64,000 nucleotides of DNA from Octopus vulgaris (taxonomy: Eukaryota). Below are positions 1 to 13,146 of this stretch, piece after piece (the first letter of the stretch is position 1; every line of letters begins with the position of its first letter). A model generated the notes under the pieces. That model searched no databases, was not told where the DNA came from, and saw nothing but the letters and a program-made list of their open reading frames with translations. The translations under genes were made by a program, and so were the position numbers. Where the stretch lies: assembly GCA_951406725.2 (NCBI GenBank), contig OX597822.1:70432001-70496000 (forward strand), written 5' to 3'.

Positions 1-217
1 TTTATACAGCCTTTAAATAAAGTGTAACCACGTCTTATATCTTCTAACACACCACTAACACAGTTCCTGTTTCTCTATCTTTTCTTCTATCTAACCAAAC
101 CATACAGCATCTATGCAGAACAATGTGCAACTAGAATTACCTTCTTCTCTCTCTACCTCTCTCCCTCTCTTTCACACCTCTGTGTATGCACATGTGCATG
201 CTGTTGAGTATGTGTGT

Positions 218-228
218 GTTTATGGAAA

Positions 229-284
<56 letters not shown>

Positions 285-350
285 CACACACACACACGCA
301 TATATATATACATATACATACACAGGCACACATATATACATACACTCACA
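218..350. repeat. Compound (TA)n/(CA)n microsatellite
   Basis: Dinucleotide runs seen directly; they generate the YI/HT-rich ORFs at 113-456. Confidence 0.95.
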
Positions 351-859
351 ATCATACATACTTATACTCATTATATGTTTGAAAGGTAAGAGAGCAAAAT
401 CTAGACTGGTGTTATGTGTTCTGCTTGGAAAATATGTTTGTATTTTACATTACTAATTAATTCTTGTATTACACTTGTATCTCACTATAAAGTTTAACTG
501 AGGTTATCTTCCCTTCTCTATGAAGAACAAAAAATGCCAAAAAAAAAAAAGAATCACTACAACAATATCACCCAATCAATTTTTAGAATATATTCAATTA
601 TTTTTTTGCTAAAGATCTATTTCTGAAATAATTTCTAATTTCCTTTATGGCTTTCAAGTATAATTTGAATATCAACCACTTTTTTTTAAAGTCGCATGGC
701 ACTGTCTTGCTTCTCCCGTAATTCCATTAGGTTAAAAAATACAAGTGAAATATTACTGTTACAAATTGGTTTTAGAGAATTTTCTTTTATCCCTCCCCAC
801 CTTGCTAATTTGAATATTTGTATATAAACCTAGATACAGCTCCATTTCGGTAATATTGT

Positions 860-913
860 GCTCTCGATGAAGGTTCTCTGAGGAATTTGAAATGGCTGAT
901 TCAGTCGAAGAAC
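860..913 (+). ncRNA. Degenerate type I hammerhead ribozyme-like relic, possibly a Penelope-like element terminal repeat remnant
   Basis: gctc-TCGATGA-aggttc(tctgag)gaattt-GAAA-tggctga(t)tcagtcg-aa-gaac has hammerhead topology, but the CUGAUGA core and cleavage triplet are mutated. TATATAA lies about 35 nt upstream. Confidence 0.35.
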
Positions 914-1120
914 TCAATCTCCAAACTCTCTGTTATAGCATGTATTGAGTACTTTACCGAATGATAGTAATCTTATATGAATCTCTCTCTTTCTTTCTGT
1001 CCATGTGTATGTGGTTTGGGTTTATGTACGGACCCCTGTCCCTGCCATACATAGTTGATGGTGTTAAAGCAGGGGTGATAAACTAAACCTTACATCCAAG
1101 TAGACCATAGCAACATTTTT

Positions 1121-1358
1121 GAACCCTGAACTCAGAGGCAGACATATGAGATGTTTTGGCCCCATCTGTTCAGTGTTGCTGATTTAATGTGGTCTTATTT
1201 GGCATTAGACCTTTTTGAAGCTTCACCCCCATGCCCTCTCTCCTCCAACTGACCCTCCTGCCCCATGCCTGTATTCCATCCCTCCCTAATCTCCTCTCTT
1301 CTCCTTCCCCTCACCTCCCCATCCCTTTCTCGTCCCTCTCCCCCTCTCTTGTCCTTGT
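1121..1358 (+). repeat. Left arm of a 238-bp inverted duplication (partner 2504-2741)
   Basis: gaaccctgaactcagagg...ctcttgtccttgt is the reverse complement of 2504-2741; no mismatch seen by eye. Confidence 0.95.
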
Positions 1359-2503
1359 CTCTCTCACCGCTATTCTTCTCTCACCCATTCACCGGCTTTC
1401 ACTTCTCTCCCTCTCTCACCCTGTTTCTCCTCTCTCTTCTCCACTCCTTTTTTGTCTCACCCCTGTCTCTCTATGTGTTTATTTCTGCATGCACTTGTGT
1501 GTGTGTGTGTGTGCGTGTGTGTGTGTACATGCATGTGTGCATGAGTGTGTGCCTCTAGTGCCAAAAAGCACTATCACCAAAACAGGCCAAACGTCCAGTC
1601 ATTGTGCCAAATCACCAGTGTCCAAACAGCCATACATCCAATTGTCTCATTCCAAAGACCCAGAACAAATGCCATGAAACGTCCCATCTGGTTGCTCTAA
1701 TACTTCTGCCAGTCCACTGCCCTAAACCGATTCTCTATCAATCTTGGAATGCTGAAAGGCAAAGTTCACCCTAGTGACATCAACCCCCACAATGAAAGAT
1801 GACTAATAAATGTCACAATGCACCTCATTTGGCACTTTAATCATTCATTCAGTTTATATACAACTTCATCTTGACATTTGCAATCTTTTTGCTCTCATGT
1901 TCCATTGGCAACCTTGGATTTTCACATGTTGTGCAAGTCATTGCAAGGTTTTTACAGTGTTGCATCTTATGAGAGGATAGATAATCCTGTGTTATCACAG
2001 GTCTGAATCCATTTTATCATTGCCATTATCATATGAGACGTTGTCAGCTGCAGGTTTCAAGAATCTTCTCTACTATCTATTCATGTATTTTTTTATTCTT
2101 GTATTTGTTTCGATCACTTGGCTGCGGTCATGCTGGAGCATCAGCTTTCAGTGAGGATTTCTAAATATTGTTTGATATTTCTGAATATTTAAAATAATCA
2201 AAAATACAATAATAAAATTAATTATCTTAGCTTGGTTTTCCTTCCCGGATGAATTTCATATCTAGTTTCTTGTCACGCTCTCACTTCATCAGTGATAGTG
2301 AGCCAATAGCCATTTGAAAGCTATGAAATCAATTAAAAGGCGATTGCTATTAAGGTATTTCACCAAGTGAGCTAATTTTTTATAATATCAATGAAAGTTT
2401 TTACGCATATCTCCACTATAACAAGACACCTGTACTCGTCTCTCTATTATATTAACCTACAAACATTTAGCACAAAGCCACTTCCTCCCTCTAACCCCCT
2501 CTA

Positions 2504-2741
2504 ACAAGGACAAGAGAGGGGGAGAGGGACGAGAAAGGGATGGGGAGGTGAGGGGAAGGAGAAGAGAGGAGATTAGGGAGGGATGGAATACAGGCATGGG
2601 GCAGGAGGGTCAGTTGGAGGAGAGAGGGCATGGGGGTGAAGCTTCAAAAAGGTCTAATGCCAAATAAGACCACATTAAATCAGCAACACTGAACAGATGG
2701 GGCCAAAACATCTCATATGTCTGCCTCTGAGTTCAGGGTTC
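2504..2741 (-). repeat. Right arm of the 238-bp inverted duplication
   Basis: Reverse complement of 1121-1358. Flanked by the direct repeat cttcctccctctaaccc at 2481-2497 and 2756-2772. Confidence 0.95.
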
Positions 2742-2819
2742 TCTCTCTAACTCACCTTCCTCCCTCTAACCCTCCTCCTCTCACTTAGTCAGAGGTGCTT
2801 TTTCTTTTTCTTTTTTTTT

Positions 2820-3075
2820 TGTGCTTTTCTTGTCTTGCAAGTTCCCTGGCAACCTCACTAATGCCAGTGGAATGGGGGGGGGGGGGGGAAGAAGTAGATA
2901 GTATACATTGTAAAGTGGTTGGCATTAGGAAGGGCATCCAACTGCAAAGACCTTGCTGAAACTGATAGAGGAGATTGGTGCAGCCTTGCAGCTTGCTGGT
3001 TCCAGTCAAACTCTGCAACCCATTCTGGCATCGGTTGGAGAGTTCGACAGTATCTGTGATGATGAGGATGATGAT
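2820..3075 (+). mobile_element. SINE family C (tail ending in (GAT)n)
   Basis: gtggttggcattaggaagggcatcca motif, shared with copies at ~4370, 8600, 9826, 16930, 38350 and 49237. Confidence 0.7.
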
Positions 3076-3613
3076 ACACATGCATGTGCGTGCACATACA
3101 TACATACACACATACACTCAAACACATGCATACACATACATACACACACACACACACCAGTGCTACTACCCATAGCTTTGGCATTCACTAGTAGCATTTA
3201 AATCATGACAGAATCCTTATATTTTCTTCATCTTCATTATTATTATTATTAGTATTAATATTATCATTCTTCTCCGTATTATTATTAAACCTTCATTGAT
3301 AGCATTTTGTTAATGCTGTGAGTTTTCTAGACCGCATTTTATGTTCTGAAGCGATTATTAGATAAACTTTGGAAAATAGCATTACTGAAGCTATAATGGA
3401 AAGTAAACAGTATCTTGCACACTTCCATTTCTCTCTGATCTTTAAAACTGTTGAAACATCTTCATTTGAGCACAGCATTTCAAACCCAGCTGTATTAAAG
3501 TGTTCTGCAGATTGCTGCTTATGTCAGAGATGCTTGGTAGGAGAATCCTGTGTCTAAATATGCGTATAACATAAACTGAAAACAGGTGTGTTTAATGATT
3601 ATATAATTAGGTA

Positions 3614-3992
3614 CAGGAGTGGCTGTGTGGTAAGAAGCTTGCTTACCAGCCACATGGTTTTGGGTTCAGTCCCACTGCGTGGCACCTTGGGCAAGTGTCT
3701 TCTGCTACAGCCTCAGACCAACCGAAACCCTGTGAGTGGACTTGGTAGATGGAAACTGAAAGAAGCCTGTCTTATATGTGCTTATGTGTCTGTGTTTGTC
3801 TACCCCACCATCACTTGACATCCGATGTTGGCTTGTCTATGTCCCGGTAACTTAACAGTTCAGCAAAAGAGACCGATAGAATAAGTACTAGGCTTACAAA
3901 GAATAAGTCCTGGGGTCGATTTGATTCAACTAACGGTGGTGCTCCAGCATGGCTGCAGTGAAATGACTGAAACAAGTAAAGAATAAAGAATA
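3614..3992 (+). mobile_element. tRNA-derived SINE family A
   Basis: Head aggagtggctgtgtggtaag...gggttcagtccc (A/B-box-like) and tail gactgaaacaagtaaa; about 10 copies in the window. Confidence 0.9.
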
Positions 3993-4029
3993 TCATCAGT
4001 AAATAATAATAATAATAGTAATAATAATA

Positions 4030-4247
4030 ACCCTGTCTACTATAGGCACAAGGCCTGAAATTTGGGGGAAGCAAGAGCAGTCGATTAGATCGAGCCTAGT
4101 ACACAACTGCTACTTAATTTATTGTCCCCGAAAGGATGAAAGGCGAAATCAACCTTGCTGGAATTTGAACTCAGAACGTAAAGACAGACGAAATACTGCT
4201 AAGCATTTTGCCCAGCGTGCTGGTGATTCTGCCAGCTCACCACCTTA
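4030..4247 (-). mobile_element. tRNA-derived SINE family B
   Basis: Reverse complement of aaggtggtgagctggcagaatc...ttctgagttcaaattc...catcctttcgggg; multiple copies in the window. Confidence 0.85.
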
Positions 4248-4369
4248 AATAATAATAATAATAATAATAATGAAAATAATAATGATAAACAAGTGTCACC
4301 TCAGTCTGCTGGCTGTGGACAGCTGACAGCTTCCATCATACCCAGCAAAATAAGCTGTGAGTTTTCATA

Positions 4370-4525
4370 TTATCATTGTTTAACGTCTGTGTTCTATGCT
4401 AGCCTGGGTGGGATGGTACCACAAAAGACGGCCAGGCCAAAGCCTGCACCAGACTTCTTTGACTGTTTTCGCAGGATTTTTACAGCTGGATGCCCTTCCT
4501 AACACCAACCACTCAGCAGAGTGGA
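4370..4525 (-). mobile_element. SINE family C fragment
   Basis: tcattgtttaacgtctg...ctggatgcccttcctaacaccaacc. Confidence 0.7.
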
Positions 4526-6224
4526 TTATATAATAATAATAATAATGATAATAATAATAATAATCCTTTCTATTATAGGCACAGGGCTTGAAATTTTGGG
4601 GGCACAGGCTAGTCAATTACATTGACCCCAAATAAAAGTAACTGAGAAACATCAGAACATCAGAATCTTTGACTAATTGCTGACCCATGTTATCACAGAT
4701 CAATTTGTGATAAGATTAACATGATTCACAATTGAGCATACCATGTTATCCTGGGTCAGTGATGAATGAATCTGTGATGAATGTGGATAGATGTAATTTT
4801 CTTGTTGTCCTGTTGTTTTAGTTTGACTCTCCACCATCATTTTACCCATTTTCAAAGAATCACTACCTACACTGTCTTACTCTCTCATCTCATCTCTATA
4901 CAAACTCACTTGTTTGACCTTTCAGTGTGATTCATAAACCAGCATTACTACTGGTAGAAACTTCACAAAAGATGTTTCATTTGAAATTTCTTGTGAGGTG
5001 ACCCATCTGTTTTACACTTTATGACCATATTCATACATTCCTCCTTTTGACCCTGGCACCACATCTATGCATCCATAGCTGAAATAGCAAGGGAGCTTCT
5101 AAGAAATTACTTCACTTGCAAAATGTAATCACCCAATCTTTTTCAGTAAATCTTTTGATATTTTTAAAATGTCAACTATATATTTTGAAGTTAACCATCT
5201 TGCTCTATCAAACATAGGATAGAAGAGTAGTCATACATTTTTATGACCACAGAGGAAGATTTGTAGGTTTGTTCCTAAACATTTCTTAAAAATATACTGA
5301 TTTATAATGCGCTTGAAAATTTTGTGCTTCAAGTGCTTCATGATTGAAAAGTTATGATACTTCAAATAACTGGATTTGTTCAATGAATTCTGGGTCTGCA
5401 CAGTAACATGTAAAATATTCATTGACACGCTCAGAAACACATGTATTGATACATAAGTTCCTACCCACATCCATTCTCTAATCGATACATCCTTTACTCC
5501 TTTTCTCTTCTGTCTTTGATCATACTTTGAAACATACACACATGCAAACGCTTGCACTGTCATGCACCTTCATATTTCAACAAGTGGATCCACACATGTT
5601 CCTTCATCCATCCACATCCATCCGTACCTGGCATGTTGATCTATCATTATGTGTAGTTAATGAGTTTCTAAGAATAAGAATGTTCATTATTTTTTAAATT
5701 ATCCTAAATAAAAAACAAATCAGGTTTCTTATTAATTTGAGACCGAATTTGCAAGCCACATGCACACGTGAACACGTCCACCCCCACTTCTTTAGCAGCT
5801 ATTACAACATGGCTCTCTCACCCATCTGCTTCTATTAAGATGGCAATAGTAATGATGAACAAGTAGTTGCCTAATTGCTCTTAGAATGTTTACCAGAGAT
5901 GTCCATAATTATCCTGGTTGTTACCTCAGAGCTGTGTTACATTTTTTTTCTTGCAATCTTATTACCCACCTTATTGGAGATTCTTTCTGGCTAAAAACAG
6001 ATGTGAATGATTAGTGCATGTCTGTGTTGAGAGTGGAAGAAGGGGGAACATTTATCCATTACTCAGAGTTTTCATATATCTAACCACTCACTCAATATTT
6101 TACTAACCTTTGTCTCTTTCTTTTATCCTCCATCTAACCCAGGGGTTCTCAAGCATTGTTTACTGATGAACCCCTTTGATTATTATTTTATTCTGGTGGA
6201 CCATTGTAGCTATTTGACATTTAA

Positions 6225-6436
6225 ACCCTTAAGTATTTAAACCAGTGATATCTGGCCAAAATATTCTACCTGTTTTATATTCAAACTGGTCAGATCTGGC
6301 CTCTTACAATGTCATTCTGAAAATAAATAATCACATCATTGAAATTTCAAAGTTACAAGGTAATGTATGACTAATTCATGTCAATGTGAATAGATAAGCA
6401 ATACATTTGACCAAGAAATCTGAATGCTGAAGGGGT
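6225..6436 (-). mobile_element. piggyBac-like MITE (CCCTTTAGCATT family) nested in the hAT MITE
   Basis: Matches the reverse complement of the copies at 25708 and 47736. Confidence 0.7.
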
Positions 6437-6580
6437 AAAAATTAGTTTTATAGAAACTTTGAAAATTCCTATTCGGTTTTTCACACATTAACTTGTGTAG
6501 TTTCAAGTATGTAAGCTGTTAGAGGAAGAAACTTAGCTGTTTCTTTTAATACATACCAACACATACATACACTTTTTTTC

Positions 6581-6774
6581 TTTTACTCTTTTACTTTCGG
6601 TCATTTGACTGCGGCCATGCTGGAGCACCACCTGTAGTCAAGCAAATCGACCTCAGGACTTATTCTTTGTAAGCCTAGTACTTCTTCTATTGGTCACTTT
6701 TGCCGAACCGCTAAGTTACGGGGATGTAAATACGCCAGCATCGGTTGTCAAGTGATGTTGGGGGGACAGTCACG

Positions 6775-6838
<64 letters not shown>

Positions 6839-6997
6839 ACGGGCTTCTTTCAGTTTCCGTCTACCAAATCCACTCACAAGGCTTTGGTCGGCCCGAGGCT
6901 ATAGTAGAAGACACTTGCTCAAAGTGCCACGTAGTGGGAATAAACCCAGAACCATGTGGTTGGTAAGCAAGCTATTTACCACACAACCTCTCCTGCT
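6581..6997 (-). mobile_element. SINE family A, full length with internal (TA)n
   Basis: Reverse complement of the family A sequence. Confidence 0.9.
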
Positions 6998-7367
6998 CAA
7001 AGCAAAATTTTTTCAGAGGCCCTTGAAATACTATTTGTGGATCCCCAATTTGCTATTTCAGTACGTAGCCCCCTAAAAATATTATATGAGCCCTTAGGGG
7101 CCATATGGATCCTGGCTGAGAACCACTGATCTAACTATACAGTCATTGTAAGAAAGTCTTGCCACAACAATATCTTTCTATAAAACTAACAGTTGGTTAC
7201 CATTCTCAGAGATCCCATTAACATCTTTATGCATTTCTGCTGTTGAAACGTTTACAGATAAATTTGCGTTTAATCTTAAGACCATCAAATAGCTATAAGG
7301 GAAGAATAGGTTTATGTATGTGTGTGCATACACACAATTAATGTATGTGCTTGTGCTGTATTTTCAG

Positions 7368-7376
7368 TTGCTTCAG
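7368..7376 (+). CDS. Weak candidate 9-nt microexon TTGCTTCAG
   Basis: gtgcttgtgctgtattttcAG|TTGCTTCAG|GTatat. TGC motifs upstream, frame-preserving length, only a moderate donor. Confidence 0.2.
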
Positions 7377-7431
7377 GTATATGGTGACTCAACAGTAAAA
7401 TGATACTAAAAATTACTGTATTGTTTGTTTT

Positions 7432-7640
7432 GTCTTTCAGCCATTTCAGTCATTGGACTATGGCCATACTGGAGCACCGCCTAGGAGAGTTTGTAGTCAT
7501 ACAAATCAATCTGTGCTTTTTAAAGTCCGGCACTTATCCTGTCAGTCTCTTTTGCTGAACTGCTAAGTCACAGGGACATAAACCAGCACCAACTGTCAAG
7601 TGGTGGTGGGACAAACATAAACATAAAGCATGTGAACACG

Positions 7641-7671
<31 letters not shown>

Positions 7672-7828
7672 GATGGGCTTCTACACAGTTTCCATCTACC
7701 TAATTCACTCACAGTGGATTGGTTGGCCTGAGGCTATAGCAGAAGACATTTGGCCAAGGTGCCACACAGTGAGACTGAACCTGATACCATGTGGTTGCAG
7801 AGAAAGCTTCTTAACCCCACAGCCATAC
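7432..7828 (-). mobile_element. SINE family A, diverged
   Basis: Homology to family A, with internal (CA)n. Confidence 0.85.
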
Positions 7829-8208
7829 CACTGTCATCATTTGTGATTTTTTCGTTGCTTCACTTCTACAGCATTTTCTTGCTGTAAATATCATTATATC
7901 TCAGTGTAATTATGATTTTTGTTACCACTAATTTTGTGCCATGACTCATCTCAGCCTCTCATTGCCACTCTATCCATCATTATCATAGAACAATCTCTCA
8001 ATCTTTGTATAAGCTGGAATTTGTAACCTTGGCAGTTAGTGTCAGTTACCTTAAGTCGTGTAGGTGACCAGTTGTTGTGTAAAGAGTTGGATGTTTGACC
8101 ATTATAAGTACAAACAGTTGGTATTTTCTTTCTTTCCCCCTTTTTATTATAGAATTGTCAGTTGCATTTTGTAGTTTAACTACATCGCTTGTTTTAATGT
8201 TTATTGTT

Positions 8209-8482
8209 TGTTCCTTCTCGAGTCATGCTTGGCTCATAAGGGCCGGTTTCCCAGTTTCATTGACATATAGGTTCCCTGCCTGGATGGGACGCTGGTCCGT
8301 CACAGGTGAGCTGCTAGATGCAAAAGGAAAGAGTGAGAGAAAGTTGTGGCGAAATAGTCAGCAGAGGTTCGCAATTACCTTCTGCCAGAGCTGTGTGAAA
8401 CTTAGGTGTTTTGCTCATATACACACACATCGACTGGTCTGAAATTTGAACCTGCGATCCCTTGACTGTGAGTCCGCTGCTC
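8209..8482 (-). mobile_element. tRNA-derived SINE (family D)
   Basis: B-box-like gcaggttcaaatttc on the minus strand; gtgttttgctca core shared with copies at ~23600, 43480 and 63530. Confidence 0.6.
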
Positions 8483-9056
8483 CAGCCACCAGTTTTGACT
8501 TTACTGTCATCCTCTTCATCATCTCTACCACCACCACCACCATCATCAACATTGTCATCATCATTATCATTGTCATTGTCATCATCACCATGACCACCAC
8601 CATTTAATGTTTAATTTCCATGCTGGTATGGGTTGTGTATTTTGACAGGAGCTGGCAAGCCATAGGACTGTGCCAAGCTTTATGGTCTGCTTTGGCATAA
8701 TTTCTATGGCTGGATGCTCTTCCTCACACCAACCATTTTACAGAATGTACGGAATGCTTTTTATATGGTGCCCTCATATTCACCAAGTAACTTGCAAGAC
8801 AGGTCATTACATTAATAATTATGATTATTACTTTTTCCAATTTCATGTTAATTACACATAACATCCTAATTTTGAATTTAATAATTTTAAACATATAAAA
8901 ATAAGAACTTAACAATGAGGCAGATGATAAAATTCAACATCAAGCTAGAGTCACATCATAGGGTTGCAGACTGTGCAGATGATGATAATGATGATGTTGG
9001 TGTTGCTTGTTTTTTTTTTTCTTTCTGTTGCTTTCTCTCTTTGGCTTTTGTAACAG

Positions 9057-9305
9057 GCTGCGGTTGTCATTTGTTGATGTCTGTGTGTCTGTAGTGAGTG
9101 CAAGACTTCCCCCATCTCCCTCTGTTGGCAGCAGGTGTACCACACATTGGCAGGTGTAGACTGTACAGATGAAACTAACGAGATGAACTGATGAGAATTG
9201 CCTTGTCACTATCACTTTAGAGCCTCCGTTCACACTGTGTATGTTGTGTGCCTGTACGTACAAGTCCACGTGTACGTCCATGCGTGTGTGGTTAGTGACA
9301 ACCCA
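9057..9305 (+). other. Candidate non-coding (5' UTR) exon
   Basis: Long polypyrimidine tract plus taacAG acceptor ending at 9056; donor cca|GTAAGT at 9306 (alternative aac|GTAAGA at 9328). Unique sequence with no convincing ORF. Confidence 0.45.
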
Positions 9306-9658
9306 GTAAGTATTGGTAGTGGTGAACGTAAGAGCAGGACAAAGCTAAGCATCACCAAAAATAGATTCCAAAGCAGAACAACAACAAAACAAAAAAAAAT
9401 GCAACTTATCCCATTTAATACATAATTATAGTGAAATGATTTCTGGAAGCTTAAGCTGGAACTGTAATAACATAAAATTCTTGTTTTGAATTTAATCGAA
9501 GAATGAGATTTTTCTAAACTGATTTGCACCAAAGAACTCTGTTAAGTAGCCATTATTTGAATATGCTAATATTTACCGAATCTTTTGCATATTTATTGCA
9601 TTTTTTTTTTGTTTGTGTGTGTGTGTTTGTTCAGATTTGCCTTATTTTTGTCTGGTTC

Positions 9659-10103
9659 AACTCTTTAGCATTTAAACTGGCCATACCAGGCCCAAATATT
9701 TTACCTACCCGTTATTAAAGCTGAAATAATTTAAAGATTTAATCAATGTAATCTTGAAGCTATGAGATAATGCAGGGTTAATTCAAAACAATGTGAATTA
9801 ATAAGCATTACATTTAACAGAGTAATCATCATCATTGTTTAATGTCCGTTGTCCATGCTGGCATAAGTTGGATGGTTTGATTGGGTTGGCATTCTGGAAG
9901 GCTTTGCCAGGCTTCAGTCTGATTTGGCATGGCTTTCTACGGCTGGATGCCCTTCCTAACGCCAATCACTCTGGGAGTGTTACAGGTGCTTTTACAACCC
10001 ACTGGCACAGGTGCCATTTGCACGACACCGGTATCTGTCACAACTGCAATTTTGCTTGGCCTGATGTGTCTTCTTCTCAAACGCATGAATGCTGAAGGGT
10101 TAA
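9659..10103 (-). mobile_element. piggyBac-like MITE split by a family C SINE (~9826-10085)
   Basis: aactctttagcatt...gaatgctgaagggTTAA; the MITE sequence resumes after the SINE. Confidence 0.7.
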
Positions 10104-10216
10104 AGCTGTTGGTATTTTGAGCGTATGTCTATAACTTTCTAATCCTTTAGAGCCTTTTACCCGGGTGCTGAACAGTGAGACTGAACCCAAAACAACATGG
10201 TTGAGAAATTAACTTC

Positions 10217-10833
10217 TTAACCCTTTAGCATTCAGGTTACTCTGTCAAATGTAACGAATATTTACTGTTTTACTTGTTCCAGTCATTTGACTGTGGCCTT
10301 GCTGGAGCACCGCCTTTAGTCAAGCAAATCGATCCCAGGACTTATTCTTTGTAAACCTAATACTTATTCTATCAGTCTCTTTTGCCAAACTGCTAAGTTA
10401 TGGGACGTAACACACCAGCATTGGTTGTCAAGCGATGTTGGGAGGACAAACACAGGCACACAAACGTATACATACACACACACAGACACAGACACAGACA
10501 CATATACGACAGGCTTCTTTCAGTTTCCGTCTACCAAATCCACTCACAAAGCTTTGGTCAGCTCAAGGCTATAGTAGAAGACACTTGCCCTAGGTACCAC
10601 GCAGTGGGACTGAACCCGGAACCATGTGGTTGGTAAGCAAGCTACTTACCACACAGCCACTCCTACGCCATTGTTTTAAATTAATTTTGAAGACTTGAGA
10701 TTTCAATGATGTAATTGTTTATCTCCAAAATTGCATTGTAGGGTAGGTGTGAGAAGCCAGGTTTGGCTGAATTGAACATAAAACAAAGAATATTTAGGGT
10801 TTGATATGTCTGGTCTAAATGCTAAAGGGTTAA
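10217..10833 (+). mobile_element. piggyBac-like MITE split by a family A SINE
   Basis: TTAA|ccctttagcatt ... aatgctaaaggg|TTAA termini. Confidence 0.85.
10262..10669 (-). mobile_element. SINE family A
   Basis: Full-length reverse copy. Confidence 0.9.
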
Positions 10834-11297
10834 CTGCACAAGCATGCTTGCACCTAAATAAATCCCTTACTCAGTGAAGGAAGAGCAGTGTCAATGACCG
10901 TTTACAGGGCCTCCAGAACTCGCAGGAAGGAAGTTGTTCTCAAACTGGAGACCTATTCCAATTGCCTGCAGCATGAATGGATTCTACTAAAGGCACTCAA
11001 GTGTTTAGGTGGTAGTGTTAATCCAAACAATGGATTAAGTCTGCTTCCCATGCAAGTCACCTGCAGGGTTTGGATCGAGATTGCTTAGAACTGGAGCAAA
11101 GGGTACTTGTACAGCATCTCTTTCAACTCTCTGATGTTTCCACTCGTCCATGCCCTGGGTTGTATTTATCAACCCTGGAAAGCTGTTGACTTTGGTGTGA
11201 AAGACTAAATTAACCATGGCAACATGATGTATGTTTGTATAATGAAACACACACACATATATATAAATATATATTTATACAAATAAAAACAAACATG

Positions 11298-11335
<38 letters not shown>

Positions 11336-11445
11336 ACCCATGCTAGCATGAAAGGTAGGCATTAAACGATGATGATGATGATCATCATATTTATTGTTAT
11401 ATGTACATTATATATATATGCATACACACATATAAGTGGAGTGAA

Positions 11446-11446
<1 letters not shown>

Positions 11447-11536
<90 letters not shown>
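11447..11536. repeat. (TA)n(GA)n compound microsatellite
   Basis: Seen directly. Confidence 0.95.
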
Positions 11537-11540
<4 letters not shown>

Positions 11541-11607
11541 GTGCAATATAAATGTCAGCTGTAAATGTCAACAGATGTTCAGTTATAGCCCTTCATCTGT
11601 TTCTCAG

Positions 11608-11622
11608 GTGGAGCCCAAACAA
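11608..11622 (+). CDS. Candidate 15-nt microexon GTGGAGCCCAAACAA (coding, or 5' UTR supplying the A of an ATG)
   Basis: cccttcatctgtttctcAG|GTGGAGCCCAAACAA|GTAAGT: strong acceptor, consensus donor, length a multiple of 3. Confidence 0.55.
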
Positions 11623-13115
11623 GTAAGTGTCTGGCTAGAGAGAAAGCAGTCCTCCACCATGTTGTATTGTTTGAGGAAAAGTATAGCCTCATTGGCTTCC
11701 GTTAATATCTAAATATTTTCTATTGTTACCATTTGTGATGAATTGGCTCAAGTAAAGACAGAAGGAAATAAAAAGCCATTATTAATATCTTTCATCTTTC
11801 TTCATCTTTCCTTTTCATATAATTCTTTTCTCATAATTGAAGAATAATTATTTCTGACAAGTGTTCTTTTTTCCTTCATGTTGACATTTGTTATATTTCA
11901 CTTTAACTTGTAGCAGCATCAACATCTTACATATTTTATCATTACTCTCAGCTCTCATTCCTTTTTTTTCTTCTTTTTTTCTCTTTTTATTGATGTCTAG
12001 AAATTCACTTTGCCTTTTCTATAGATGTATGTGTGTGTGTATGTGTTTTCTTTTTCTTCCTTTCTTTTTCTTTACTTTTTTTTTTTGTTTGTTTGCAAGG
12101 ACTATATTGAAGAATCTGTTGGTGTTTTTGTTAATGGACTATGATGTATTGCATGCTTCTAGTTTCTGGACAGTTCTCATCATTAGTGTCCTGGCAGAAC
12201 ATTGATAGACAAAGCATCAAGTACTAATTGTGAAATCAGATGACAGTTTCTATCTACGTCCGTCATTAAACTACGTTCTAATCATGTAGTCCATTATGTT
12301 TACTTTCCTTCAGCTTCTTACAAATATCTTACACACAATATTTTTATATTCATTCAACATGGAGTGTTCATTTATTATGTCCTTTTATGATTCCATCTCT
12401 TTTATTTCATTTCCTTTTCTATTTCTTTCTCTAAAGATATTGATAAAATCTCCATATGAATAGTTATTGCTCTCACAAGACTCAACACAATCATCATCTA
12501 ATTCACTGAGACTAATTTCAGACTAATTCCTCGTTAAGCTAACGATATGATCTCTTCAACATAAGACTAGAAGAAGTCAGAGCTGTCCTTCTTTTGCCAG
12601 AATCTTTTTATTTATTTGATGTAGAGACGAAACTAATACTTTCTCTGTCTATATACATCTGTTGTTCTTTGTCCAACATCTTGGAGTGTACAGAAGGGCT
12701 GACACAGGGCTGCCAGTGATGGGGGGCACTGGCTGCTTCTGGGACCACTAACCTGGGATAACCCCAGTCCCAATAAGCAAGAGTATGAGTGAATGAGTGG
12801 CTAAAAGGCCTGGGTATTCAGTTTTGATGGTGTCACTGCAAAAGGGTTGGAATATCGTACGTTGACTATAAAGTGTGCATAGACACACATATGTAGTCTC
12901 TCCCACACACACTTGTACACATGCATGCACACGTGGATGTGTACACATGTATGTGCATGCACGTGCACACATGCATGCTCACATGGATTTTACGTGAATA
13001 AATAACATCAGATGTTGACTTGTAACTAATTCATTGTTAATTTCCCTAAGAGATAGTTTACTCAAACAATCCCTTCTTGTCTTCTTTTGCAATGTGGAAT
13101 TTCTTTTTCTTTCCT

Positions 13116-13146
<31 letters not shown>

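Larger units (their letters stand above)
6140..7128. mobile_element. hAT-type MITE carrying nested insertions
   Basis: Termini caggggttctcaa / ctgagaaccactg; 8-bp target duplication atctaacc (6132-6139) / atctaact (7129-7136). Confidence 0.75.

Noticed and set aside
113-456. ORFs rich in YI/HT/CV dipeptides, here and throughout the window
   Set aside because: Translations of dinucleotide microsatellites, which lack stop codons.
6745-6966. Recurring ORF ...SVSVYQIHSQGFGRPEAIVEDTCPRCHAVGLNPEPCGW (also 10400, 15313, 44979, 62547)
   Set aside because: Antisense translation of SINE family A, not a gene family.
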